Shown: one piece after another, positions 48,342-57,588 of the stretch
Numbering within the stretch: the stretch's first letter is position 1
Layout of the letters: each line of letters starts with the position of its first letter
From: an uncultured virus (IMG/VR IMGVR_UViG_3300037067_001926)
Taxonomy: Duplodnaviria > Heunggongvirae > Uroviricota > Caudoviricetes
Reading direction: 5' to 3' (one strand)
Virus record (IMG/VR): IMGVR_UViG_3300037067_001926
Length of the DNA stretch: 64,000 nucleotides
Notes under the pieces: model-generated
Databases searched by the model: none
What the model saw: only the letters and a program-made list of their open reading frames with translations
Told to the model about the DNA's origin: nothing
Program-made: the position numbers and the translations under genes

Positions 48342-49318
48342 CAGCTTATTCTCCTCAAGCCCATTTGCATGATGTTTACATCTGAGGTAGCGAACGCTAG
48401 CCCGGTAGCGGGATTTGTGCGCCAACTGTCTAGGAATGACAACCATCCAGCCGCCGGGTACATCAGTGTTGGGCTATCATAGCTGCCACCATTGAAGATG
48501 TAGGTTGGCAGGAATGTAGGCGTACCGCCCTCGTTGTGCTCTACTACATATGCCGACTGTATTGCGTCCACTACTGCTGGAGCCGGGATAGACCCTAGCG
48601 TACACAGATCCTGGTCGCCTGCGGTGTTGCTGTAGATGTACGAACCATCATAGTCCGGGTCCACTTCGTCTATCTCGGTGTAGTGGCTTCCACCGCTAAG
48701 CGGGGTCCACTGTAAACTGGCTCCGTCTGCGGCTGGGCGTAGCGCATGGGACGTGCGATCTCCAATAAACCCTGCATCCCCGCAGTACGGATCGTCAATC
48801 CAGGTCAGATTTCCACCCCCGGCCCCTTTGTAGCGCACAGTATTCCATAAGGCATCGCCTCCGTAGTACAGACCAGTGCTAACATACGTAGACAGAACTG
48901 ATTCTCCATTCACCCTAGCCGATACGGCGATCGTGCCGGTAGTGTACGATGCTGTCATCTCGATGAAGTACCACGTCTTTGTAGTCAAGCACGGAAGCGA
49001 TGCCGATGCAGCGTATGTTGATCCTGAAGCAGCACCTAGCCTTCCGTCGCTGAAGATTACTAGACTAACATTGAGCCCGCTTGAGTCGTTAGACAGCTTT
49101 ATAGGGGTGCCAATAGCCGCCGATCGCATATTGTAGGCAACCCCAGCAGTCATGCTGGCTGAAGGTGGCATTCGCTTCATTGGGCAGTATCCATCGTAAG
49201 GGAGGGGAGCTACGCCTTGCCCAGAACGGCCAGTGCTGATAAGGGATCCTGTATCGTCCCATCGCGTAGCCATGTCGGCTTCTGATGCGTACGAGTCGAA
49301 TGAGTCGTAGAATAGCAT
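48341..49318 (-). CDS. Tail/fibre protein, paralog of 47307-48341
   Basis: LFYDSF...WYFIE...DDPY...GD....RPAADG...NPATG..F...VNIMQMGLRRIS. Confidence 0.6.
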   Translation of the reverse strand: MLFYDSFDSYASEADMATRWDDTGSLISTGRSGQGVAPLPYDGYCPMKRMPPSASMTAGVAYNMRSAAIGTPIKLSNDSSGLNVSLVIFSDGRLGAASGSTYAASASLPCLTTKTWYFIEMTASYTTGTIAVSARVNGESVLSTYVSTGLYYGGDALWNTVRYKGAGGGNLTWIDDPYCGDAGFIGDRTSHALRPAADGASLQWTPLSGGSHYTEIDEVDPDYDGSYIYSNTAGDQDLCTLGSIPAPAVVDAIQSAYVVEHNEGGTPTFLPTYIFNGGSYDSPTLMYPAAGWLSFLDSWRTNPATGLAFATSDVNIMQMGLRRIS

Positions 49319-49319
49319 C

Positions 49320-49889
49320 CTAGCCTCCAGCCACCACCGTCAGAACATAGGTGAACTCAATGCCGTCACCCGACACCACTGGGACGGCCGTGAACACTGC
49401 CCGATCCCAGAGAACTCCGCCAGCCGCCAAGCTGAATAACCCCCATTCCGTGATCGTGTACGTGTCATCGTAGGTGATTGTCCCTATGGTTCGGTAGATG
49501 CCCGCGGAAGGGCTCGACTGTGTACCCGCTACGCGGGCGACTCCAGTGGGAGTCCCCAAGGCCACGTCGGACACAGCCTCCGCTGCGAACCCGGAGCCGC
49601 TATCGTGGTAGTTGAAGCCGCTGATATGGGCGGATGCCCCCGCAACAAAGTCCGACGCTAGGAACGTGACGCCGGCCGTGGTAACTAAGCCTGCCACTAT
49701 CCCGAGCGGATCGGCCAAAGCCGCCACGCCTGCGAGAGCCACTGCCGCTATGCGGTATGGGAAGCCCCTCGTGTAGTGGATCTCGCGGCTGTCCAGGGTG
49801 CCGAGGTTTTGGCGCGTTCCATCGGCCTGGATCAGCACCGCGCTGAGGCTGCGCTGAAGGTGCATGTTAGAGTTGTGAATCTGGGGCAT
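49320..49889 (-). CDS. Tail structural protein
   Basis: ARVAGTQS...TITEWGLF...LWDRAVF..GDGIEFTY pattern seen in phage tail-fibre attachment proteins. Confidence 0.55.
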   Translation of the reverse strand: MPQIHNSNMHLQRSLSAVLIQADGTRQNLGTLDSREIHYTRGFPYRIAAVALAGVAALADPLGIVAGLVTTAGVTFLASDFVAGASAHISGFNYHDSGSGFAAEAVSDVALGTPTGVARVAGTQSSPSAGIYRTIGTITYDDTYTITEWGLFSLAAGGVLWDRAVFTAVPVVSGDGIEFTYVLTVVAGG

Positions 49890-49896
49890 AGGGCTC

Positions 49897-50690
49897 CTAG
49901 CTCTGGCTACTCCTGCTCCAGCCTACCTGACTGGGGGTGCCTGCCGTGCAGGACTTGACGGAGATCCGCAACCGGCGAACTTCTGTCCGCCCGGCGGACG
50001 TTGTGATTGTATTTCTGGTTTCGTAGATCCCCCCAACAGCGCCGCCAGAAATGGTTACGCTCGAAGTAGTAGCGGTGTACCCGCCATCCACGGCCGTCAG
50101 ACCGATGCAGTACCATGTTGATCCATTGAGAACATCGCCAGCCAGCCACTCTGCCCAGTTTATCGTCAACTCCAGCGTGTCGCTGGGGTGTTTATCGTAC
50201 TCGGCTAGGCAGGCCATTAAGTCCTTTCGATGCTTACGCGGAACTCTCTAGTGTACGCCCGCCCTGCGGAGGTGACCACCGAGTTCCCAACAATGTAGAT
50301 TGTCCCAAGCGTTCCACCGGCCAGGAAGACGTAGCACTTGTCGTCAAGGATGTAAGCCCCGGACGTAGTCAGACCGCCTCCCGCCCAGTTCGACGAGGTG
50401 ATCGTTTCCCCGGCGTCCAGGATCTCCGACCAGTCGACATCGTAGTCCTTGACTGCGGAAGGATCTTTCACGAACGTAGTGCATTGCACAATGGCGCTTG
50501 GCATAGCCTTGATCTCCCTATCTTCCAGCGGCACGCTGGGGTCATCCTGCCGGCGCAAGACGACTTCACGGCCGTCGGCGGCTACAGTGAAGTCGATCCC
50601 CGCCGGGACCACCACCGGCGGCACTGGGAGCGCTCCGCCCAGAAGTCCAGCGTACTCGGTAGATCCGTAGGAGCCTGAGCCGTATGGCAT
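49897..50690 (-). CDS. Two fibre-tail adaptor-like proteins (49897-50217, 50217-50690)
   Basis: Shared K[HD]PS...[IV][ND]W.E.L...GG..G.IY...N...TSAGR motif. Confidence 0.65.
49985..49999. repeat. Dispersed palindrome copy 12
   Basis: GTCCGCCCGGCGGAC. Confidence 0.95.
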
Positions 50691-50692
50691 AT

Positions 50693-53200
50693 CTATCCTT
50701 CGGTGTAGTACCAGATACAATAGGCGATAGTTGATGTACCTGTGAAGTTCACCTGAGAACTATCACCATTGTTCCAAGTAATTTTCAGAGCATTCTCGAA
50801 GACGATTGGATCGTCTATGTGCAGGCGGCTTGCGGCAATGCCATTGGTCGCTTTGAAGTTCAGGACGATACATCCTCCAACGTATGGTGCTGTATACCCT
50901 TGGAAGTAATTTGACATCTGGAAGTAGTCTTCCGTACCAGGGGTCTCGATCGTGGGTGAGCCGGATCCGTCAAGGTATATCTTGAGGTTCCCTTCCAGAG
51001 GAGCCATACGCGGATTGACGTTTCCAGGATACCCGTCATAGTTCAGGTACATGCCTACGTACCATCCTGGGGACAGTGCAGACACATCTATCAGGGTTGT
51101 TACGGCATCTTTAGCAATCCCGCTAACGCGGGACGCAGCGGCTAGCAGTTTGCGAGTGCGGGTCCAGGTATTTGAAACTCCAGTATGGTATTGAACGTGC
51201 GACCACAGCGTCATTGCTGTAGACGCATGACCGTTTGTAATTGTTATCTTGATACCAGTGGTAAATGGGATCGGGATAGCGAACCGTAGCCCAAGGTTAT
51301 TGGTGGTATTCGTGCTCGCCCCCATCCAGCGGCTCATGAAGGAGACTGCCGTGTTGTACGTGTACTCCGCCGCACAGAACACCACTAGCGGAACGCTTAC
51401 AGACGGTGAGACCTCACCGTCGTAGTATATCTTCAGCGTAGCGCTAGTTACGCATGTGGAGTTTGTGTAGTAGATTCCTGCCCATAATGAACTGACGTAC
51501 CCTGGCCCACTTTGGTAGTCCAGGATGGTTTGTTCTGCCGCGCCGGCAACACTCTGGTATTCGCACTTGGAGCTTGCGGGGACTCCAGGGCTTTTGGATT
51601 CGCTGAATATACTATGGGGTGACTCAGGGCCTGTATACCCAGTATATCCAGTGTATCCAGTTTCTCCTGTATACCCAGTATACCCAGTAGGTCCGCCAGC
51701 GGCCCCATCGTTACCCGTGTACCCTGTATACCCAGTCCCACCAGTGTACCCCGTGTATCCAGTGTAACCAGTGCTCTCTGGTCCAGTGTATCCAGTATAT
51801 CCTGTAGGACCACCTGGGATTCCGTCAGGACCAGTATACCCGGTGAACCCAGAATATCCAGTATACCCAGTGATCTCTGGGCCAGTGTAGCCTGTGTATC
51901 CAGTATGCCCAGTATAGCCGGTATACCCAGTGACCGCCTGACCAGTATAGCCCGTGTAGCCAGTGATCTGCGGGCCAGTGTAGCCTGTGTAGCCCGTGTA
52001 GCCCGTGCTCCCGGTGTACCCCGTGTACCCGGTGATCTGAGGCCCGGTATACCCGGTGTATCCCGAATACCCAGTCCCACCTGTATACCCAGTATACCCG
52101 GTGATCTGCGGCCCGGTGTAGCCGGTGTACCCCGTCCTGCCGGTGTATCCTGAATACCCCGTGTAGCCAGTGATCTGCGGGCCGGTGTACCCGGTGTAGC
52201 CAGAGTAGCCAGAGTATCCCGTAGGACCCGTATACCCCGAGTATCCGGTTGCGCCTTGCAGGCCAATGTAACCTGTATACCCAGTGTAGCCTGTGGATAC
52301 CGGACCGGTGTAGCCTGTGTATCCCGAGTAGCCAGTAGGGCCTCCAGGGATGCCGTCTGCGCCAGTATACCCTGTGTACCCAGAGTAACCAGAATACCCC
52401 GTCACCGAAGGCCCAGTGTAACCCGTGTACCCTGTGAAGTTTCCGGCTCCCGTGTATCCAGTGTACCCGGTGATCTGTGGGCCAGTATATCCGGTGTAGC
52501 CGGTCTCTCCGGGGTATCCAGAATACCCTGTGTAGCCGGTGATCTCAGGACCAGTGTACCCGGTGTACCCCGTGTACGCTCCCAGGCCTGTGTAACCAGT
52601 CCATCCAGTTGGGCCAGTATACCCGGTGTATCCGGTATACCCCGTATGGTTGCCCGCTCCAGTGTAGCCCGTGTAGCCAGTAGACACCGGCCCAGTGTAG
52701 CCGGTCCACCCCGTTGGCCCGGTATTCCCAGTGAGCCCGCGATATCCCGTATACCCAGTCCAGCCTGTTGGGCCGGTGTACCCGGTGAACGCACCTGCGC
52801 CTGTGTACCCGGTATAACCTGAGTACCCTGTAACACCCTGCGCCCCGGTGTAACCTGTATAGCCCGTGGGCCCGGCGCTGGCCAGCAGATCAGTGATCGT
52901 CTTTGCGGTCACCCCGGCCATCATCTGATACGTTTTCCCGGAGACGTTCTTCGCTGTCGCGGTGGTGCTCTCCTGAGCGCGGGTGACAGTCAGCACGTCG
53001 CCAGCGATTACTGTGACTCTGACGATTTCCCGATAGGGGTCATCCGAAGGATCCGCATAGTCCGAGGCGTTCCACCACGTCACGTTGAATGGAGCCGCAG
53101 GTAGACGGGTGGCTTGGCCGGCAAGCAGAGTGATCGAGGTAGCTCCAGACGAATAGAGACCGCTGACTGTGACTTTGGAAAAGTTCTTTACGGAATCCAC
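50693..53200 (-). CDS. Tail fibre: N-terminal anchor, Gly-Tyr-Thr collagen-like shaft, C-terminal DUF2961/GH172-like domain
   Basis: GTG start at 53200 with AGGAG RBS; ~415 aa of G-X-[TS] triplets; [36 protein letters not shown] and [17 protein letters not shown]. Confidence 0.8.
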   Translation of the reverse strand: MDSVKNFSKVTVSGLYSSGATSITLLAGQATRLPAAPFNVTWWNASDYADPSDDPYREIVRVTVIAGDVLTVTRAQESTTATAKNVSGKTYQMMAGVTAKTITDLLASAGPTGYTGYTGAQGVTGYSGYTGYTGAGAFTGYTGPTGWTGYTGYRGLTGNTGPTGWTGYTGPVSTGYTGYTGAGNHTGYTGYTGYTGPTGWTGYTGLGAYTGYTGYTGPEITGYTGYSGYPGETGYTGYTGPQITGYTGYTGAGNFTGYTGYTGPSVTGYSGYSGYTGYTGADGIPGGPTGYSGYTGYTGPVSTGYTGYTGYIGLQGATGYSGYTGPTGYSGYSGYTGYTGPQITGYTGYSGYTGRTGYTGYTGPQITGYTGYTGGTGYSGYTGYTGPQITGYTGYTGSTGYTGYTGYTGPQITGYTGYTGQAVTGYTGYTGHTGYTGYTGPEITGYTGYSGFTGYTGPDGIPGGPTGYTGYTGPESTGYTGYTGYTGGTGYTGYTGNDGAAGGPTGYTGYTGETGYTGYTGYTGPESPHSIFSESKSPGVPASSKCEYQSVAGAAEQTILDYQSGPGYVSSLWAGIYYTNSTCVTSATLKIYYDGEVSPSVSVPLVVFCAAEYTYNTAVSFMSRWMGASTNTTNNLGLRFAIPIPFTTGIKITITNGHASTAMTLWSHVQYHTGVSNTWTRTRKLLAAASRVSGIAKDAVTTLIDVSALSPGWYVGMYLNYDGYPGNVNPRMAPLEGNLKIYLDGSGSPTIETPGTEDYFQMSNYFQGYTAPYVGGCIVLNFKATNGIAASRLHIDDPIVFENALKITWNNGDSSQVNFTGTSTIAYCIWYYTEG
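51625..52875 (-). repeat. Degenerate 9-bp codon repeat encoding a GYT/GPT/GYS collagen-like region
   Basis: Continuous GGN-TAY-ACN-type triplets with occasional GPQIT/GAGNFT interruptions. Confidence 0.95.
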
Positions 53201-53208
53201 GGCGTCTC

Positions 53209-53952
53209 CTAATCGCTTACCAGGAAGTACTCCACGAGCACAGGTGCAGTATCGGCCTGAGCGTACGGGACCATAGCTGCTGCCCATCGGAAGGCAGCCC
53301 ACTCACCAGCCTTGATCTCAACAGGAAGCGGGTCGCCGCTGTTTCCGATGGTCACGAAGTTCGTGGCGTCCATGTTCCTGATAATCATGAACCCAGGAGT
53401 GGCCACGGCCCCAAGGCTGATAGCCGTACCTGTAGTGGCTACCGTGATCGTTCCGCGGGCGTAGAGGTTGGCGGAGATCGTCACCTTGTCGGTTCCGCTC
53501 ATAGTCACGTTGACACCAGCGTTAACGTACGCCAGCGACATTGAAGTGCTTAGTTCATCAGCCATATCGTCTCCCTACATCACTACCATCACCGCTCCCG
53601 CGCTCGTTCTGTACAGTCTTCCCCGCGTCAATCCGCCCGCTTTCGCGGCCGCATCGTCTGCGTATTCCGGCATCCCATTGATGAACTCGACGGTATTCAC
53701 GTTGCCGTTGCGGTCTGACTCCCCGGTCACCCGGATAGCCTTACTGACGGCCAACCCGCCGGCCACTGAAGTCCCATCGGGGAATGTCAGCGGACCTTCC
53801 CCGAAGCTGAATGGCCCGTTGTTCCCCTGGGCTTTGGCAACCTGAGACGCGATTAGCTGGAGGACTAAGTTAAGCTTGAAGACTAAAGCCTCACCCTTCA
53901 TGTCCTCAGTCGTGATCTGCGGGATGTCCACCTTGTAGGTCTTCTCGCTCAT
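53209..53952 (-). CDS. Two small structural proteins (53209-53565, 53575-53952)
   Basis: In the tail cluster with GGAG RBSs; the second ends with a [15 protein letters not shown] motif. Confidence 0.6.
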
Positions 53953-56900
53953 GGCATTACCGGCCGCTCCATCGGCTGAAGCAGTGGGAACGACTGGTAG
54001 GCTTGCCGCATGTCAGCCCCCACTGGCATCCACTCGACACGGGTTTGATCGCTGTACAGGTAGAACCCACAGCAGGGATCCAGCGCCTCCAAGGTGAACC
54101 GATAGACCCGGCTCTTGTTCAGAACCCCGTCCGCTGAAGCGTCGGGCAAGTAGACCCTCTCCGTCTCCCTGCGCTCGTGCTTCGTGAGTTCTTCCTCGAA
54201 CAGCAATTCCCCACCCTCTACGTAGACCCGCAGAACTACAGGCCCGCAACTGCGGTATTGCACCCACATCTGCTTGATGAACTTCCATCCCGCAGACTGG
54301 AAGCTCTGCTCAAGCGAATCCCAGAACGTGTTCGTGCAGGGTTCCCGCACTGCGGTAAACTGATGCGTGAACAGTTGGGACTTCCCGCCTGTTCCTGGGG
54401 CCAGGAGAAGCCTGAACTGCCGGCCGATGATCTCTTCGTCCCCAGGCTGGTTCAGAGTCAAGATCAGGTTGCGCGAGTCTATCGTGGTCTTGACCTTGAG
54501 CGTCCGCCTAGTGACCCCGTCTGCCTGCACGTTGACCGTACATTCGACATCTCCTGTGTCGATCTCGATGATTAGCTCACGCAATACCTTCTCGCAGGCG
54601 TACCCTAGGTTGTCCCATTCCGTGAACAGCACCTTGTCTGGTGGGTACTGCGTGAACTCGAAGTGGTATGCCCAGTTCTTGAAGTCGTGTGTGGTAACCG
54701 TCGGCCGCAGCCTGACTAGCTTGACGGGAGTGGTCAGGTTGATCGGGAACGTCGGCCGCGCCCGAAGGGGTCCGGTGGATGAACTCCACGCTGAGTTCGA
54801 GAGCGTGAACGTGTCCACGGACAGCGCTTGCGTGTTCCCGCTGATCCCGTACATGATGTCCAGGTTCAGCGTCACGTCAGTCCCTACAACGTCATGCTCG
54901 ATCGAGAGCTGCGTCAGCCGCTTGTCATGGTAGTAGCCCAGGTTGTCCCAGTCGCTCGCCCGTCCGCGCTGGATCTCCTCCAGCGTCAGGTAGTGGAACG
55001 TAAGCGTGTACAGGTGGGTAGGCTGGCTACTGGTGCCGGTCAGCCTCACGCTGATGGCGTAGGCTTCGTAGCCCATGCCGCAGTTCAGGGGCAACGGGAT
55101 CCGGTAGCGCCCCCTGGTGGGGGCCGCGGCCACCGTGAACGTCTCTGTGGCCACCGTAGCGAAGTCGTAGTAGACCTCCACCGTCACGGGGTTGTCCGGG
55201 TTGGCAAGCTCCAGAACCAGATCCCCGAACTGCTTCTGCATAGCAGGCTGGCCCATGAACATCCAGCCAAGCCACGCTTCCCAGGAGATTGCGTCACCGT
55301 CATCGTGGGTTGCAGCACTCCAGGCATCTGTGGTATGTGGGATCGTCGGCGAGACCGGAGTATTGTCCCGGTTGAGGAGGGCTATGCCGGAGTCAACATC
55401 GGTGAAGAGAAGCTCCCCAGTGTCAGGCTCCAGCATCACTGCGTCAGCGTAGATGTCCTCCGTCGACCAGCGATCGTACAACATGCTGTAGCGAATGCGC
55501 CGGCGCGTGCCTGCCGTGTCAACGTAGCTGACGAAGACTTCGTTCTTCAGGTACCAGAGATTGATCTTGTCAAGGTCGCTGAACCCAGTCCCATCGGGCG
55601 TAGCCGACAGGCTGATGGGGTAGAATCCGCTGGAGTATTCGCCCTTGAAGATGTGGTCAATCTGCTCACTCTTCTTGATGGACTGGCCACCTGAGAATGA
55701 GTAGATCCCATCGTAGGCCAAGTAGTAGAGTTCGTTGTCAGCCTTGCACCATGCCCAGGACGCGAACAAGCCACGCTGCGCGGCCGTCTCCACCGGCTCT
55801 TGCATGGCACCGTTGTACACGCTTACCGCGTAAATCTTGCTCTTGTTGAGGCACAGCAGGTACCCACCGAACTCCGTGATGTTCATGATGGGGTTCGATG
55901 GCGTGCCAACTAGAATGGATCCCGGAGAGTTGTCCGCCTCATTCTTCACAGCAGGGAAGGCTTCCGGCCGGCCAGTCTTGCTCTTGTAGAGCGTCTCAGG
56001 ATTGAAGGCGTCTCCAGCCAGGAACACCGAATTGAAGGCGTGCGCCGCGAAGCGGCATGGCACGTTGGCCCGGCTTGCCGTCTCGATAGTCTCGCCAGGA
56101 TCGTGGGCCACCTGAAACACTGTGACAAACCTGTAGGGTGGAGTCAGGCCAGTGATGTACGACACCACACACCATTCTTCGTGATCCGTGCCACTGCCTA
56201 CCCTAACAACCGTACCAGGGAACAACGTGTGCCAGAAGTCGCCATCTGGCAACAGCCCCTCTTCAACGTCTACCGTTACTTCTACCTGCCCCACAATCGG
56301 TATCTGCGCTTCCTGGATTGTGTAGCTGTTGATCGTCCCGTGGAACGGTGTTGGAAGCGATGCCGTCACCGGCCGGTGGCTGTCGAAATCCGCCGTCGGA
56401 TTGCTGGCGATGTCTGCATCAGGAACATCGTCTATGAACGTGGTATCAGTAATGCCATCCAGCCCTGTCAGCACAGCTACTCTGCGGTACAGACTATCGC
56501 TGAATGATCCGCCGGCTCGATACAGAACGATGTTCCTGAACCCAGTCACCTGAGGGTCTATGTCATTGACGTTAGTGTCCGATGGCGAGTTTGGCCTAAC
56601 CGTTACGCTAATCTGCGAGCCAGCAGCGTCAGTAGTAATCTGGAGTGACTCCAGCATCAGCGGACACGGGTTGCCCTCAACACCCGTTACCGGGTTACGT
56701 AAGGTGTAGATATACGAGTACGGCAGGAACAGTGATATTAGGTTACCAGCGCCACCCAATGTAGCTCGTGCCGGCCAAACCGGAGGGTCGATGCCCCACC
56801 GAACCATGTGCGCAAACGCTTCGCTCTGGTTGTCGTCAAGCGGATCTTTGTACATCCTGCCGGAACTGGCCAAGTACAGATACGGCTTCCCTGAAGATGT

Positions 56901-57323
56901 CTTTCTGTAGGCCAGCCCAGTCCATCGCGCCGTGGTGCTCCCAGGGTTGCCTAGCGCTGCACAGTACTGGAGCCCCACCTCAGGGCTAGGGACCACTACG
57001 GGAGGATCCTCTGAAGTCAGGCGGTAGACGTACTCCCCCGTCCCCACGTAGATGTAGTTCTTGTCGGCAGCCGGGTCATCTGTAGCCAGCCTAGCAATGC
57101 TGTGGATGTGGTCGATCGTGGCGCTTTCGCCGGCAATCCCTCCGGGGGTCATGTTCTCGTAGCCGTTGCGGCTGCGAATAGCCCCCTCCTGCCAGCTCAC
57201 CATGTTGACAAGCCGGATGTATTGTCCACCGCTCAACGCAGCAGGATCAATCCGCTGGAGTTCTCCAGTAGAGTTGAACCCGTACACCAACTCACGATAT
57301 TGTTGTGCCTCGTTAAGAGCCAT
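53949..57323 (-). CDS. Tail nozzle / DNA stabilisation protein (P22 gp10 / T7 gp12-like position)
   Basis: 1124 aa, beta-propeller-like motifs (LYKSKTGRPEAFP, YYLAYDGIYSFSG), downstream of the adaptors. Confidence 0.6.
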   Translation of the reverse strand: MALNEAQQYRELVYGFNSTGELQRIDPAALSGGQYIRLVNMVSWQEGAIRSRNGYENMTPGGIAGESATIDHIHSIARLATDDPAADKNYIYVGTGEYVYRLTSEDPPVVVPSPEVGLQYCAALGNPGSTTARWTGLAYRKTSSGKPYLYLASSGRMYKDPLDDNQSEAFAHMVRWGIDPPVWPARATLGGAGNLISLFLPYSYIYTLRNPVTGVEGNPCPLMLESLQITTDAAGSQISVTVRPNSPSDTNVNDIDPQVTGFRNIVLYRAGGSFSDSLYRRVAVLTGLDGITDTTFIDDVPDADIASNPTADFDSHRPVTASLPTPFHGTINSYTIQEAQIPIVGQVEVTVDVEEGLLPDGDFWHTLFPGTVVRVGSGTDHEEWCVVSYITGLTPPYRFVTVFQVAHDPGETIETASRANVPCRFAAHAFNSVFLAGDAFNPETLYKSKTGRPEAFPAVKNEADNSPGSILVGTPSNPIMNITEFGGYLLCLNKSKIYAVSVYNGAMQEPVETAAQRGLFASWAWCKADNELYYLAYDGIYSFSGGQSIKKSEQIDHIFKGEYSSGFYPISLSATPDGTGFSDLDKINLWYLKNEVFVSYVDTAGTRRRIRYSMLYDRWSTEDIYADAVMLEPDTGELLFTDVDSGIALLNRDNTPVSPTIPHTTDAWSAATHDDGDAISWEAWLGWMFMGQPAMQKQFGDLVLELANPDNPVTVEVYYDFATVATETFTVAAAPTRGRYRIPLPLNCGMGYEAYAISVRLTGTSSQPTHLYTLTFHYLTLEEIQRGRASDWDNLGYYHDKRLTQLSIEHDVVGTDVTLNLDIMYGISGNTQALSVDTFTLSNSAWSSSTGPLRARPTFPINLTTPVKLVRLRPTVTTHDFKNWAYHFEFTQYPPDKVLFTEWDNLGYACEKVLRELIIEIDTGDVECTVNVQADGVTRRTLKVKTTIDSRNLILTLNQPGDEEIIGRQFRLLLAPGTGGKSQLFTHQFTAVREPCTNTFWDSLEQSFQSAGWKFIKQMWVQYRSCGPVVLRVYVEGGELLFEEELTKHERRETERVYLPDASADGVLNKSRVYRFTLEALDPCCGFYLYSDQTRVEWMPVGADMRQAYQSFPLLQPMERPVMP

Positions 57324-57327
57324 TAGG

Positions 57328-57588
57328 CTACGTCATTCTCGCTTTCAGAGCGCTGAGTGCCGTCGAGTAGTAAACTTCTCCCAGGCTCACTCCAGCCGTT
57401 GCAGCCGCGGCATCGTTAGCTGCCTGCGTGAACTGCGTCAACAGCACCAGCGCCAGCTTGTTGAGCGTCACCGGGTTTGTCGCCTCGCCCAGAACATTCA
57501 CCGAAGCGGTCTCCCCGCTGGGATTGGTAGTCGTGGCGACGTCTTCCAGGTACAGCTTGCGCGGTGTGATCGTTATGTCACTAGCCAT
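57328..57588 (-). CDS. Small structural protein
   Basis: AANDAAAATAGVSLGEVYY resembles the C-terminus of 53575-53952. Confidence 0.55.
   Translation of the reverse strand: MASDITITPRKLYLEDVATTTNPSGETASVNVLGEATNPVTLNKLALVLLTQFTQAANDAAAATAGVSLGEVYYSTALSALKARMT

Noticed and set aside
51448..52836. Alternative-frame ORFs in the GYT repeats (also 60966-61253, 61375-61566)
   Set aside because: By-products of the stop-poor 9-bp repeat; I could not identify a slippery site supporting programmed frameshifting.
15665..56402. Half or degenerate palindrome sites (e.g. 15665 ATCCGCGGAGCGGAT, 51691 GTCCGCCAGCGG, 54502, 56388)
   Set aside because: Too many mismatches or wrong spacing; expected by chance in GC-rich DNA, so not counted.
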